From the NCBI GenBank assembly GCA_032718475.1, contig JAUCBJ010007669.1, forward strand, positions 1 to 40,372: DNA of 40,372 nt, in the 5' to 3' direction. A program made the translations under genes and the position numbers. Position 1 is the stretch's first letter; each line of letters begins with the position of its first letter. This stretch comes from Nemertoderma westbladi. Its lineage: Eukaryota; Animalia; Xenacoelomorpha. This document shows, piece after piece, positions 23,539-35,300 of this stretch. The notes below the pieces were generated by a model. The model was not told the origin of the DNA. It ran no database searches and saw only the letters and a list, made by a program, of their open reading frames with translations.

Positions 23539-24555
23539 ATGGCCTTAACGCAAAAAACTGGAGCAACAAATAGCTGGAAATTTACTTACAATAAATATAC
23601 TTGTACCGCCGTTCACAGCAAGTATTTTATTGTGGAATCTCAGGAGGACAACGAATCAATTTGTTTTTCCCATCAAGATACCCGCTATTTGCTAGACATT
23701 CTAGAAACAACAACCAACAACCAACATCAATCCAGACCAGCAATTATACCAGGTAGGATATATGCCGCTCTTCGTTTTGCGCGGGGAAATTTGAATATTT
23801 CTATCAACCCCACATCGGGTGATGTTTACGTTCAGAAACAAGGCAAATGTAAAGTCCTCAACAAAGCTTTTACTGAAGTTCTAATTCAATACAGAGGGAA
23901 ATTATTGCAATTTCTCTCTCCACCGCTAGAGATTATTAGCGATCAATTCTACATTGAATTATCAAATCCAGAGTTTATTGGATTTGTAACAGCTTTTAAA
24001 GGAACCAACTATGTTGGCTTATGGAAAATCAGCGTCAGATACGCTGATAGTGTTGGTTTTAACTATTATACGGGTTTCAATTTGTCAAATCAGGAACTAA
24101 CCGTTTTGTTGCGAGAGTGGGACACTCAAATTGATGAACCAGACAAGCATCTTTTTGATAAAAATATCATTCAATTATCAGACCGTCTCAAAATGATTAA
24201 AACCAATAATAATAAAATTATTATCACCAACACCGATAATTCTACTGAAGTAGGAGCAGGTGGAAATTCTATTGAGTTGCATTACTTGAATGATAAAGCC
24301 CATATTAGTTTTCTCAAAGAGGCTATGGATGGCGTTTCTCTTATTGAAGCCAATGTAGATGGTTTTGTCCTTTTGGATAAACCTAAAGCATTCGTAGAGA
24401 TCCCATCACCTAATCCGGATGTTGAAGAGAGTTGCTCTCAACCGCAACAGGTCTTTCCTGAAATATTACCTCGGAAGCCAAGATCATATCGAGTAAATTT
24501 ACCAACGCATCACCTGCAAAGAAACAGAAAGTTGCTGTTAACCCAGCTCCAGTAG
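23539..24555 (+). CDS. Polinton-associated protein with a PC4/Sub1-like ssDNA-binding motif; C-terminus probably frameshifted and split by the Gypsy insertion (tail at 30097-30141)
   Basis: Likely ATG at 23539. GFVTAFKGTNYVGLWKI...TGFNLSNQELTVL resembles the PC4 pattern VxxFxGxxYVxIR...GIxLxxxQ. An alternative frame reads SPAKKQKVAVNPAPVDP|VTNSPWKPDYYPNM* across the insertion site. Confidence 0.55.
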   Translation: MALTQKTGATNSWKFTYNKYTCTAVHSKYFIVESQEDNESICFSHQDTRYLLDILETTTNNQHQSRPAIIPGRIYAALRFARGNLNISINPTSGDVYVQKQGKCKVLNKAFTEVLIQYRGKLLQFLSPPLEIISDQFYIELSNPEFIGFVTAFKGTNYVGLWKISVRYADSVGFNYYTGFNLSNQELTVLLREWDTQIDEPDKHLFDKNIIQLSDRLKMIKTNNNKIIITNTDNSTEVGAGGNSIELHYLNDKAHISFLKEAMDGVSLIEANVDGFVLLDKPKAFVEIPSPNPDVEESCSQPQQVFPEILPRKPRSYRVNLPTHHLQRNRKLLLTQLQ

Positions 24556-24560
24556 ATCCA

Positions 24561-27500
24561 TGTTAGATTATGTATTGTTAGGGCTCTAGTAGACCCTGGC
24601 TTGGTGGTGGTTAGATCCAACCTACTGGTCTTTTACCTACCGGTCCTCTTCTGGTATTCCGGTATTCAGTCTTTCCTATCTTCTAGGTCTGTAGGTACAG
24701 TAACCGTTACCGGTACCTACTGTACTGCTGTACTGATGTGCTGTAAGGTGGTGGGTGTGTTCGTTGGTCTGTTGGTTCATATTATTGTTTGATATGCTGT
24801 TCTGTATGTCGACCATTAATAAACTGATGCAGCTGGTATTCATTTATTTCCGATCCCAATATGGCGCAGTGATGTACTTGATGTTCCTACAACCCTATTC
24901 AAATGGTGGACATTCCAGCGCATTCAGCAGGTCAGATAATTCAATATTATTCTACCGGTCGCCTCTACTGATTCTGATCTAGGCCTAGCTACCTACCTAT
25001 ACTTCCGGTGGTGTACCTACTCCAGTACTCTTCTAAACTAAGCCCTTGGGACGGACAGTGGAGTGGCTCGCGGTTATCGTTGTCGTTGTGTAGCTACATC
25101 GTTGGCGAAAAACACAGCGACGACGGTACATCGGCGCTGAGGACCTTGCACTGTCCGGGGGCCGTGAGGGGTAGGCAGCGACGCCCGCTAGCCTAATTAG
25201 AAACTACCGGTACCTATTCACATTCAGCAGTCAGGCGGTATTCCAGTCTGCCAGTATTCGATAACTACAGATTTTGGCTGATTTGCATGCAAAAGTTTTG
25301 CACATTTTTGCAAAATTTTTTCTTTTCGGATTTTGCAAATTTTTTCGGATATTTAATTTCCTGAAATTTCTCTAATATTCAACAGTCAGATATGCCTACT
25401 AAAGCTGAACTCGAAACCGAACTGGAGGCTTTAAGAGAACAGTTGGCTGGTCGTGGTAATCCTGATCCCACCTCAGCTCTTCTACATGCTTTAGTTAAAT
25501 CACAACGCGATTTGGCTGATTCCTTAGCACAATCCCAAGCCCAAAATGCCCATCAATTTCAACAATTACTTGGTCAACCACATCAACCTGTAGTTCATCA
25601 GGCTGACTCAACCCCTCGTAATCTTCAAATTAAAGCACCAATTGCTTTAGAACCGGATTTCAGTTTAGCAAAATTTGAAACTTGGAAGTCGGTTTGGGCG
25701 GATTATTATTCTGCATTTCAGATGGATAGAATGGCTAGGGATAGGCAAATCTGTATTTTCAGGAGTTACCTTTCTATAGGTATGCGCTCTACACTGGAAC
25801 AAGTTATTGACATTCCTCCTGACACACATGATAATCCTTTAACAGTTCAGGTGTTAATAGATTGTATTCAAAGTTATTTTCGTGGTAAACGGAATATAGC
25901 CCTTGATTGTGTTCAGTTTGATAATAGGAAACAACGTCAAAGTGAAAATTTTGATAGCTACCTGGTTGCTATTAAAGATCTTGCTCGAGATGCTGATCTA
26001 TGTCGTCATTGTTTCGATCGGCGGTTGACTACTCGAATTATGTCTGGTATTTCTTGCGAGGACACCAGATCTAAACTTCTTGCATTGACTCCATTTCCTT
26101 CGCTTGAAGATGCTGTAAATCTATGTAGGTCTGAGGAATCAGCCCAAGCTGGAGTTCAGGATTTAAAAAACCCTTCAATCAACCAAGCTTCTCGACAATC
26201 TCGTTTTCACAACAAAAAGCCCTATAATTCCAGGCGCAACAATTCTTCTAAATCCAATTCCAGAAACAATTCTTCAACTACTGGCCCTATAGTTTGTTAT
26301 GGTTGTGGTAAAACAGACCATAAACGCGCTGACTGTCCAGCAAGGAACAAAGATTGTTCTTATTGTGGCAAGGAAGGCCACTTTGCCAATGTTTGTCGGT
26401 CTAAACAAAATAATTCGAATTCATCTTCAAAACCTAAGACAAAACCCATTAGCCGCATCACCCTCAATTTGGTTGGAAGCCATAATCGACAAGCTCCAAA
26501 AGTATTTCTGAACTTCTGTCATATCGCAACAGGACATTTATTCGGTTCTCTCAAAGCAACTCCAGATACTGGTGCTGAGGCCACTGTTGCCGGCTTAGAT
26601 TTTCTTCAGGCCCTTTCTATTGACAAAGAAAATTTACTTCCACCAGACCATGATGATCTTTCTGCTGCTAATGGTAGTCTTCTTTCATGCATTGGTCTCC
26701 TCCACACCACAATTTCCTATGGTGAATATTCAACTGATGAGCTTATCTGCATTTGTGAAGAAGTCAATGGAATTCTTTTGGCATGGTATACTTGTCAAAA
26801 CCTAGGAATTATTTCAAGTTCATATCCAGAACCAGTGGCAGAAATTCAGTCTGTTGCTTCTTCTAATTCTTCTAATATGTCACCAATTGGTATTAAAAAC
26901 TCAATTCCAACAACATCATTCAAGGTTGACTTCCATCTTTCTGATGAACCTTCTCCTTCAGAATGGGATACTGTTAAGCAGAAACTCATAAAAGCTTATT
27001 CTGATGTTTTTGACCAAGATGACAAACTTCGTCCAATGAATGGCCCACCCATGACCATTTCATTAAAAGATGATGCCCAACCATATGCTATTCATACAGC
27101 CAGGCAACTTCCTTTAGCCATTAGAGACTGGGCTAAAGCTCGCTTAGAGAAAATGGTTGAACAAGGTATTATTTGTCCAGTTCTGGATAACGAACCAACT
27201 GATTGGGTCCATCCTCTTGTTGTAGTTCCTAAACCAACAGGCGGTTGGCGCCTTTGTGTTGATTTGACTAAACTAAACAAACATGTTAAACGTCCGTATC
27301 ATCCATCGGTTACTCCTCGTGAGGCTGTCAATTCGATTTCTCCATCAGATTGCTTCTTTTCTTCATTAGATGCCAAGGATGGATATTGGCAGATACCTCT
27401 TGATGAATCCAGTCAGAATTTAACAACATTCATTTCCCCTTGGGGTCGATTCAAGTTTCTTAGGAATCCCATGGGATTAACTTCAGCACAAGATGTGTTT

Positions 27501-30091
27501 TGTCTTCGTGGTGATATAGCTTTACAGGGATTGGAAGGCATTGCTAAAGTAGTTGATGACATTCTAATTCATTCTTCCGATAGTCACAGTCATCTCGCAC
27601 ATATTATTGCCGTTCTGGATCGGTGTCGTGAACACCAGATCAGTCTCAAAGCTGCGAAATTCAAATTAGCTACCCCTGAGGTGTGCTTCGCAGGATATAT
27701 AATTAGTAGTAATGGTATTCAAGCGAATCCTTCCAAACTTAATGCTATTGCTGACTTTCCTGTTCCGACCAACATTTCTGAACTTAGATCTTTCTTGGGT
27801 CTTGTGAACCAACTAGGTGAGTTCACTTCCTCTATTAGCGAAAAGGCAGGCCCTCTTCGGGACCTTCTTAAAGTTAAAAATGTCTTCTGTTGGTCAGAAC
27901 CCCAAGAGACTGCATTTCAAGCAGTTAAGAAAGCTCTTGTAAGTCCTCCAATTCTACCTCCATATGATCCATTGCTGCCTACAATGTTGCAGACAGATGC
28001 TTCACGTTTGAAGGGTCTTGGTTTCTCACTTCTTCAGAAACACGACAGCTTTTGGAAACTCATTCAGTGCGGTTCAAGATTCATAACTGACACTGAATCA
28101 CGTTACGCAATGATAGAGCTTGAACTGTTAGCCGTCGTATGGGCTACTAGGAAGTGTAAGGTGTATCTTATGGGTCTCCCATCATTTGAGTTGGTAATTG
28201 ACCATAAACCTCTTCTTCCTATCCTAAACAATTATACTTTGGATATGATAGACAATCCCCGAATCCAACGTCTTAAAGAGAAACTCACCCTTTATTTCTT
28301 CAATACAACATGGAGAAAGGGAAGTGAACATTCCATTCCAGACGCACTTTCCCGTGCCCCTGTTTCGGATCCTACTCCAGAGGATATTCTTTGTGATACA
28401 GATGTCAATGACCATGTTTCCGCAGTCATTCGTCACGTGTCTACCTCAATTGTTGTTTCTGATGCTCCAAGTCATCTCAAGGATTCATATATTGAGTCTA
28501 TCCGATCATCTGCAAAGGATGATATTTCTTACATGGCTTTGGTGGATGCTGTTATTTCTGGATTTCCCTCAACATCCACACAATGTTCTGTGCACATACG
28601 CCCATTCTGGAATGTGCGACATCAGTTATCTTGTGAAGATAATCTTCTTTTATTAGGTTCCCGGATTGTAATTCCATCTTCCCTCCGCAAGAATGTCCTG
28701 AAGCACCTTCATGATGCTCATCAGGGCATTGAACGTTCTAAGAGGAGAGCTAGGCAAACTGTATTCTGGCCTGGTATCAATAGCGATATTACAAACATAG
28801 TCAATTCTTGTCCCCAGTGTCAACTTTATCAACCAAGTTTACCTAAAGAGTCTCTCCAAAGCGACCCTCATCCATGTCTTCCAATGGAGGATTGCTCTGC
28901 TGATCTTTTCTACTTCAGCACCTGGTCATACCTGGTTTATGTCGATAGATATTCTGGGTGGCCATGCGTTCATTCTTGGCGTGCCGATCCTTCCAGCTCT
29001 CAAGTTATTTCAGCTCTTCGAGGATGGTTCAAAGATTTCGGTATTCCAAAACGCCTTCGTTCTGATGGTGGTACACAATTTAATTCAGCACGTTATCATG
29101 ATTTCTTATCCGAATGGAATATCATCCCTGAGTATTCTACTCCTGAGTATCCTCAGTCTAATGGCCATGCAGAGGGGGCTGTAAAGGCCATGAAATCATT
29201 GATAAAAAAGTTAGATGTCAAAGGAGATCTAAACTCTACTTGCTTTGTTCGTGGTTTGCTGGAATGGAGAAATACTCCTAAAGAACATGGTATGTCTCCA
29301 GCTCAACTGTTGTTCGGTAGATCCCTCCGTTCTACTATACCAGCTCATTCGTCCACACTGGCAGGTGATTCATTCCCTATCCCTGGTCCTTCAACGTCTT
29401 CAGCAACTGAATCATATTATAATGATCATGCTCACGACTTAACCCCGATTCCTATTGGTTCCCGAGTTTGCATCCAGAGTGCACATTCCAAACTATGGAA
29501 CAAATCTGGTATCGTCCTTTCCCGTGGTACTAGGCGAGATTACCGGATAGAACTAGACAATGGTCGGGTGTATTGGAGAAATCGTCGTTATCTACGTTCC
29601 ATCCCAGATGACTCTTCTCTTCGTGATATAACGCCTCAAAAACAGGTACAGTTCGCTGATGATCTTCCCAGGCGCAGTTCGAGAACTCACAAGCAACCAG
29701 CAAGATTCGGAGTTCAATGAACTGACTTATTGGTGGTGGTTGGATTTTTTTTTTCAGTACAAATGTCTCCTACATTGTTCTTGGGGGAGATGTTAGATTA
29801 TGTATTGTTAGGGCTCTAGTAGACCCTGGCTTGGTGGTGGTTAGATCCAACCTACTGGTCTTTTACCTACCGGTCCTCTTCTGGTATTCCGGTATTCAGT
29901 CTTTCCTATCTTCTAGGTCTGTAGGTACAGTAACCGTTACCGGTACCTACTGTACTGCTGTACTGATGTGCTGTAAGGTGGTGGGTGTGTTCGTTGGTCT
30001 GTTGGTTCATATTATTGTTTGATATGCTGTTCTGTATGTCGACCATTAATAAACTGATGCAGCTGGTATTCATTTATTTCCGATCCCAATA
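24561..30091 (+). mobile_element. Full-length, apparently intact Gypsy (Mag-like) LTR retrotransposon
   Basis: 301-bp LTRs at 24561-24861 and 29791-30091, identical by eye; 5-bp TSD atcca at 24556-24560 and 30092-30096; PBS TGGCGCAGT at 24862; PPT GGGGGAGA before the 3' LTR. Confidence 0.97.
25392..29720 (+). CDS. Gag-Pol polyprotein, 1442 aa, single open frame
   Basis: Two CCHC knuckles, protease PDTGAE, RT (LDAKDGYWQIP, VVDD), RNase H (QTDAS, IELELLA), integrase (LHDAHQG, CPQC, SDGG, SNGHAE). Confidence 0.97.
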   Translation: MPTKAELETELEALREQLAGRGNPDPTSALLHALVKSQRDLADSLAQSQAQNAHQFQQLLGQPHQPVVHQADSTPRNLQIKAPIALEPDFSLAKFETWKSVWADYYSAFQMDRMARDRQICIFRSYLSIGMRSTLEQVIDIPPDTHDNPLTVQVLIDCIQSYFRGKRNIALDCVQFDNRKQRQSENFDSYLVAIKDLARDADLCRHCFDRRLTTRIMSGISCEDTRSKLLALTPFPSLEDAVNLCRSEESAQAGVQDLKNPSINQASRQSRFHNKKPYNSRRNNSSKSNSRNNSSTTGPIVCYGCGKTDHKRADCPARNKDCSYCGKEGHFANVCRSKQNNSNSSSKPKTKPISRITLNLVGSHNRQAPKVFLNFCHIATGHLFGSLKATPDTGAEATVAGLDFLQALSIDKENLLPPDHDDLSAANGSLLSCIGLLHTTISYGEYSTDELICICEEVNGILLAWYTCQNLGIISSSYPEPVAEIQSVASSNSSNMSPIGIKNSIPTTSFKVDFHLSDEPSPSEWDTVKQKLIKAYSDVFDQDDKLRPMNGPPMTISLKDDAQPYAIHTARQLPLAIRDWAKARLEKMVEQGIICPVLDNEPTDWVHPLVVVPKPTGGWRLCVDLTKLNKHVKRPYHPSVTPREAVNSISPSDCFFSSLDAKDGYWQIPLDESSQNLTTFISPWGRFKFLRNPMGLTSAQDVFCLRGDIALQGLEGIAKVVDDILIHSSDSHSHLAHIIAVLDRCREHQISLKAAKFKLATPEVCFAGYIISSNGIQANPSKLNAIADFPVPTNISELRSFLGLVNQLGEFTSSISEKAGPLRDLLKVKNVFCWSEPQETAFQAVKKALVSPPILPPYDPLLPTMLQTDASRLKGLGFSLLQKHDSFWKLIQCGSRFITDTESRYAMIELELLAVVWATRKCKVYLMGLPSFELVIDHKPLLPILNNYTLDMIDNPRIQRLKEKLTLYFFNTTWRKGSEHSIPDALSRAPVSDPTPEDILCDTDVNDHVSAVIRHVSTSIVVSDAPSHLKDSYIESIRSSAKDDISYMALVDAVISGFPSTSTQCSVHIRPFWNVRHQLSCEDNLLLLGSRIVIPSSLRKNVLKHLHDAHQGIERSKRRARQTVFWPGINSDITNIVNSCPQCQLYQPSLPKESLQSDPHPCLPMEDCSADLFYFSTWSYLVYVDRYSGWPCVHSWRADPSSSQVISALRGWFKDFGIPKRLRSDGGTQFNSARYHDFLSEWNIIPEYSTPEYPQSNGHAEGAVKAMKSLIKKLDVKGDLNSTCFVRGLLEWRNTPKEHGMSPAQLLFGRSLRSTIPAHSSTLAGDSFPIPGPSTSSATESYYNDHAHDLTPIPIGSRVCIQSAHSKLWNKSGIVLSRGTRRDYRIELDNGRVYWRNRRYLRSIPDDSSLRDITPQKQVQFADDLPRRSSRTHKQPARFGVQ

Positions 30092-30296
30092 ATCCAGTTA
30101 CTAATTCTCCATGGAAACCAGATTATTATCCTAACATGTAAACCTGATCATAAGTTAAACTCTTTGAGGTTTCCAATACCCATAGGCGATTGGTGATTGG
30201 TGTTTGGTGATTGGTTTAAAATTATTTCACTCGCTAGCATTAAATGTTTAGATATAGTCAATATTTTATCATTTTTATTTTATCATTTTATCATAT

Positions 30297-32384
30297 GATC
30301 ATTCACATATTACAGGTAAATATATTGCGGCAGCCTGTAATAGTTGTAACCGAAGTTTATCATTGAAACAATACCTGTATGTACTTTGCGGGCATAATTC
30401 CAGTAATTATGATATACATTGTATATTACAAACCGGATTTAGAGATAAGAAATACACAGATTGGGATATAAGGGTTATACCGAGAAATACAGAACGATAT
30501 ATTTCAGTGAGTGCATTTATCCCAATTAAATACACTTCTAAAAAAATTGAGTTACGTTTCTTAGACACATATCAATTTTTAAGCTTTTCTTTAAGTAATT
30601 TAGTTGAGTGTTCAACAAAGGATGTAGCGAGTCATGATATAAGCTCAATTTTACCTATTACTCTACAAGAAATTAAATATTTTTATCCAAACTTGAATAA
30701 CTCAACAATTAAACGGAAAGGAGTATTTCCATACGAGTACTTGACAGATATAAATAAATTTAATGATACTGGTTTGCCGTCTATAAATAATTTTTTTAGT
30801 AACTTAAGTCAAAAAACATGCACAATTGAAGATTATAGGTTTGCGGAATTATCATGGGTACAATTCGACTGTGTGAATCTCAAAGATTATCTTTTAGCCT
30901 ATTTAAAACTCGATGTTTGTTTGCTTGCTGATATATTTGAGAATTTTAGGAATGTTTGTAAACAAAATTACGATTTAGAAGCGGTTTTTTACTGTAGTAT
31001 CGCGTCATTTACCTATGATTGCGCACTAAAATATAATAAATGTAAAATAGAATTAATAAAGGATTATCAGACATATAGAGATTTTGAAAAATCAATTAGG
31101 GGTGGTGTTTCATTTTGTCGAAAGCATTATATAGAATCAAATATACCAGGAACAAGTACATATGATTCTACTAAGGAAGAATGCCATATTTTTAATATTG
31201 ATTTCAACTCTTTATATTCTGGGAATTTAAGTAAAAAACTACCCACCTCACAATTCAAAGAAGTAAGTATTAAACATTTAGAGAATGCAATTCCAGAAAA
31301 ACTAATCGAGTACTTGGTAGATTTAGACATTGATGGATCTACTGGATATTTTTTAATATGTGATTTAAATTATCCCAAAGCTATTCACGATCAAACATTA
31401 CAATTACCGTTAGCTCCAGAGCATTTAAGTATAAATGAATCAATGCTTTCACCTTATATGAGGGAACAATTTAATAACTTATTGATACAAAGAGGTACCT
31501 CCCGTAAATATAAGATGCCTATGCCAAAACTCTTGCTGACGCAATTTGATAAAGAGTTTTATCATTTAAATTTGAAACTGTTAAAATTTTATATAAAACA
31601 TGGATTAATTGTTACTAAACTACATAAATTATATTCTTTTCAACAAGAATTTGTATTTAAAAATTACATAGATTTTAATATTAATCAAAGGCGACTAGCA
31701 AAAAGTTACATTGAAACAGCTGTCGCGAAATTGCTTAATAATTCGTTATTTGGTAAATCAATAGAAAAGATAAGAGATCGATGTAACTTTCGTATCACAA
31801 ATAGCAATAATAAATGCGACCAATTGGTAAATCGTATTAATCATGAACAATTTATAATATACAATAATACATTATCGGGACATTTATTAGTGAAAGACTC
31901 TGTAACTCTCGATAAGCCTATATTTATTGGTAGCACTGTGTTGGACTTGGCTAAATTGGATATGTATGAGCTGTTCTACAATAAATTGCTACCTATTGAG
32001 AAAGAATTAAACTGCCGTATTGAAATTGCTGCATCAGATACAGACTCTTTAATAGGTTGTTACTATAATACATCGCAGAATAATTTTTTAAAAGCATTAA
32101 TTAAAAATAATATGTTAGATACATCCAATTACCCTAAGGATCACCCTCTCTACAGCGATAAAAATAAATCGAGACTTTATTACTGTAAAGATGAACTAGC
32201 TTCATGTGAAATTAAACAAGCAGTATTTTTAAGACCAAAATTATATTCAATTTTGGAATGGAATAACAAAAATATTCGTAGAGCAAAAGGTATTACAAGA
32301 GTTGTTGTGGAAACGAATATTACACATGAAGAATATTTAAAAGCATATAACTCAAATGAAGAAATAAAAAAAACATACACAGAT
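30297..32384 (+). pseudogene. Protein-primed family B DNA polymerase (Polinton-type), N-terminally truncated and interrupted by BEL/Pao
   Basis: In-frame DHSHITGKYIAAACNSCN from 30297, then GHNSSNYD (Exo II), RKGVFPYEY, YLKLDV (Exo III), IRGG, DFNSLY (A), KLLNNSLFGK (B), DTDS (C), LRPKLY and AKG. Confidence 0.95.
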
Positions 32385-35300
32385 TAAATGTGTTGACGCC
32401 TCGGTCTAAGTTTGTAAATGTTTTTGGGTTCGTAATATGATGACGGATATTAAGAAATATAAAATGAATGAGTTGATGATAATAAGACATAGTTTAATAT
32501 TTTATAATAATAATTGACGATCGCACTCTCATTACACTCCTAATGTATATCATAATGCTACCTAATTGATAATAATATCCTATAAAAAAGCTACGATATT
32601 TTATACTACTATATTTTATTATAATATGTTTCATGTGCCTATCACAGAAAGTTATATCCAATAGGATTTCATACACTGGGTGAAAAGTAAGGAACAGAAA
32701 ATGATTGAGGATTCACATCAAACTTATAACTCTCAATAACTACAGTAAGAAACTGGCTAAATTAATCGTGCATAGAGATAATGATTCCTGTCCTAAGGTA
32801 GACTAAAAATGTTGTACAGTAAGCAGCATTACAAATGACAGGTCGTGATTGACATATTATTCATGCTGAGTCTACATGTGCTTCATGTTTACATATCGAA
32901 TAATAATAAATAAAAAACGCATCTGAAATAACATGTGCCAAGGGGCAATTCATGCATGTCTTCTAATCTCGGGAAAATATGTCAAATAATTTTGGTGTTA
33001 CATGGTCACAAACGTTCTACCGTTAACATAGCCACCCCTCTCAACCAGAGCCATTTTGGGCCCTTTCTAAAAGGCACAGCTTAACTGTAGGACGTATCAA
33101 CGATTTGGAAGCAGCAGTACGGATTTCAACCATGCGTACTCTGCCATCCTTTCCAGGTAGAGCTCGTACGACTCTGGCTAATGGCCAGTGTCCTCTCGGT
33201 AAGTGCCCGTCAACTACCAGAACGAGATCGCCGATAGCAAGATTACGACGTTCCCTATTCCAAATAGCTCTCACTGTTAATGTGGGTAGGTATTCCCTTT
33301 GGAAACGGTTCCAAAAGTGGTCGGTAAGCAATTGGCATTGGCGCCAACGCTTACGTAGCAACATATCACCATCGTTGAATTCACCGGGTGATGCATTCTC
33401 ATAACTTTGTCCAATAAGGAAGTGACTCGGCGACAATGCATTAAAGTCATCAATACTATCGCTGACTGGAGAAATGGGTCGCGAGTTGAGAATGGCTTCA
33501 ATTTCTGTCAACACGGTATAGAGTGTATCATCATGGACACACTGCTTCATGATTGTGGCACGTAAAGATTGTTTCACTGTGCGCACCAAGCGTTCCCATG
33601 AACCACCAAAGTGTGGTGAAAGTGGTGGGATTCTTGTCCATGAGATATTGAGGTGCGCCAGGGTGCTACGTATCGCGCCGTGATCGATGGCATTGAGGGC
33701 TTCCCGCAGCTCTCTTTCGGCGGCAATAAAGTTGGTTCCGTTATCAGAATGAATAACAGATGGATATCCCCTTCGAGATATGAAACGACGAAGTGCCATA
33801 ATAAAGGCATCTGCATTTAGATTATAGGCAACTTCTAAATGAACCGCGCGAGTTGTCAAACAGGTAAATAAACATACCCAACGTTTTTCTCTGCATCTTC
33901 CTCTCTTAACTGCTATAGGTCCGAGATAATCTAGACCTGTCTCAAAAAAGGCCGGTTTCAGTACTGCCAATCGACAAGAGGGTAGGTCTGCCATATACGG
34001 AGGTGCAGCCCTTGCGTTGCTTCTACGGCACACTACACACTTGTCAATAACAGAACGAACTGCGGCTTTACCTCTGGTGATCCAGACGTTTTCCCTTAAT
34101 GACGCCAATACATGATGTGGTCCTTGGTGGGCTAATTTGCTATGGGTTGACCAGATCATGATCTTCGAGAGAGCATCATTATGACTCAGTATTGCTGGGT
34201 GTTTAGTAGCAATTGGTAGATCTGAATTGCCCAGTCGTCCACCCACTCTCAAAATACCCGCTTTGTCAATGAATGGGTTGAGTGGCACAAGTGGACTATC
34301 TCTTTGTAGAGGTCGGCCTGCGTTTAATGCACTAATTTCTGCAGACCATGTCTTCTCTTGCTGCAAGCGAATGGCTAACATTCCTGCCTGATCCAATTCG
34401 GTGGCTGATGGGTCAGCCACCCCTAGTGGCATCGTCGGATGTTCCTTGCGCTGCCGGAAGCGCCGAACCCATCCTAAACATCTGGCTATGCACCCACATA
34501 ATCGATTCCAATTGGAGAATCGACTAAAGTCAATAAGTGTTGTTGTGTTACTTTCTACTATTGTAGCAGCAATAACTACAGATTTCTTAAGTTCACAGTC
34601 TTCGTTATGAACGGGCTCTGAACTGCTTTGTGAGGGCCAGCTTGCCTCAGGTTCCCACAGGAAATCTGGCCCTTGAAACCAGCGATCTGACATGGTTGCC
34701 GATGAAAGCGATAAACCTCGTGTCGGATCATCCGCTGGATTTTGTGAACTAGATATGTGATGCCATTGAGATACGTCACTGTGGTCATGTATCTCTGCTA
34801 CGCGGTTTGCTACGAATGGTGTGAATCTGCGAGATTCACTTCCAATGTACTGTAATGCCGTTTTAGAATCAGTCCAATAGAAACGCTGAGAAATTGGTAA
34901 TTCGATCTCTGATTGGATTAAATTCGCGACTCGAACACCCATTACACAGGCTTGGAGTTCCTTGCGAGGAACTGATATAGTGCGCAAGGGGGCTAGACGA
35001 GATTTTCCCATAATGAGGCAGCATTTAACTTGCCCATTTTCATCAACAGCTCTGAGATATCCATCCAAAAGCAACGTCAGAAGCATCACAAAATATATGA
35101 AGTTGGAGTGACGCAATGTATTGTTGAGAAGGAAAATAAACCCGAGGGAGTTTAATATTTTCTACGTAGGTGAGATCGTTTAACCACCTTAACCACACAC
35201 TCAGTAGCTCTGTTGGTATGAGATCGTCCCATCCAACTCCTATCCGCCACAACTCTTGTATGACTAATTTAGCTGGTAATATGAACGGCGTTAATAATCC

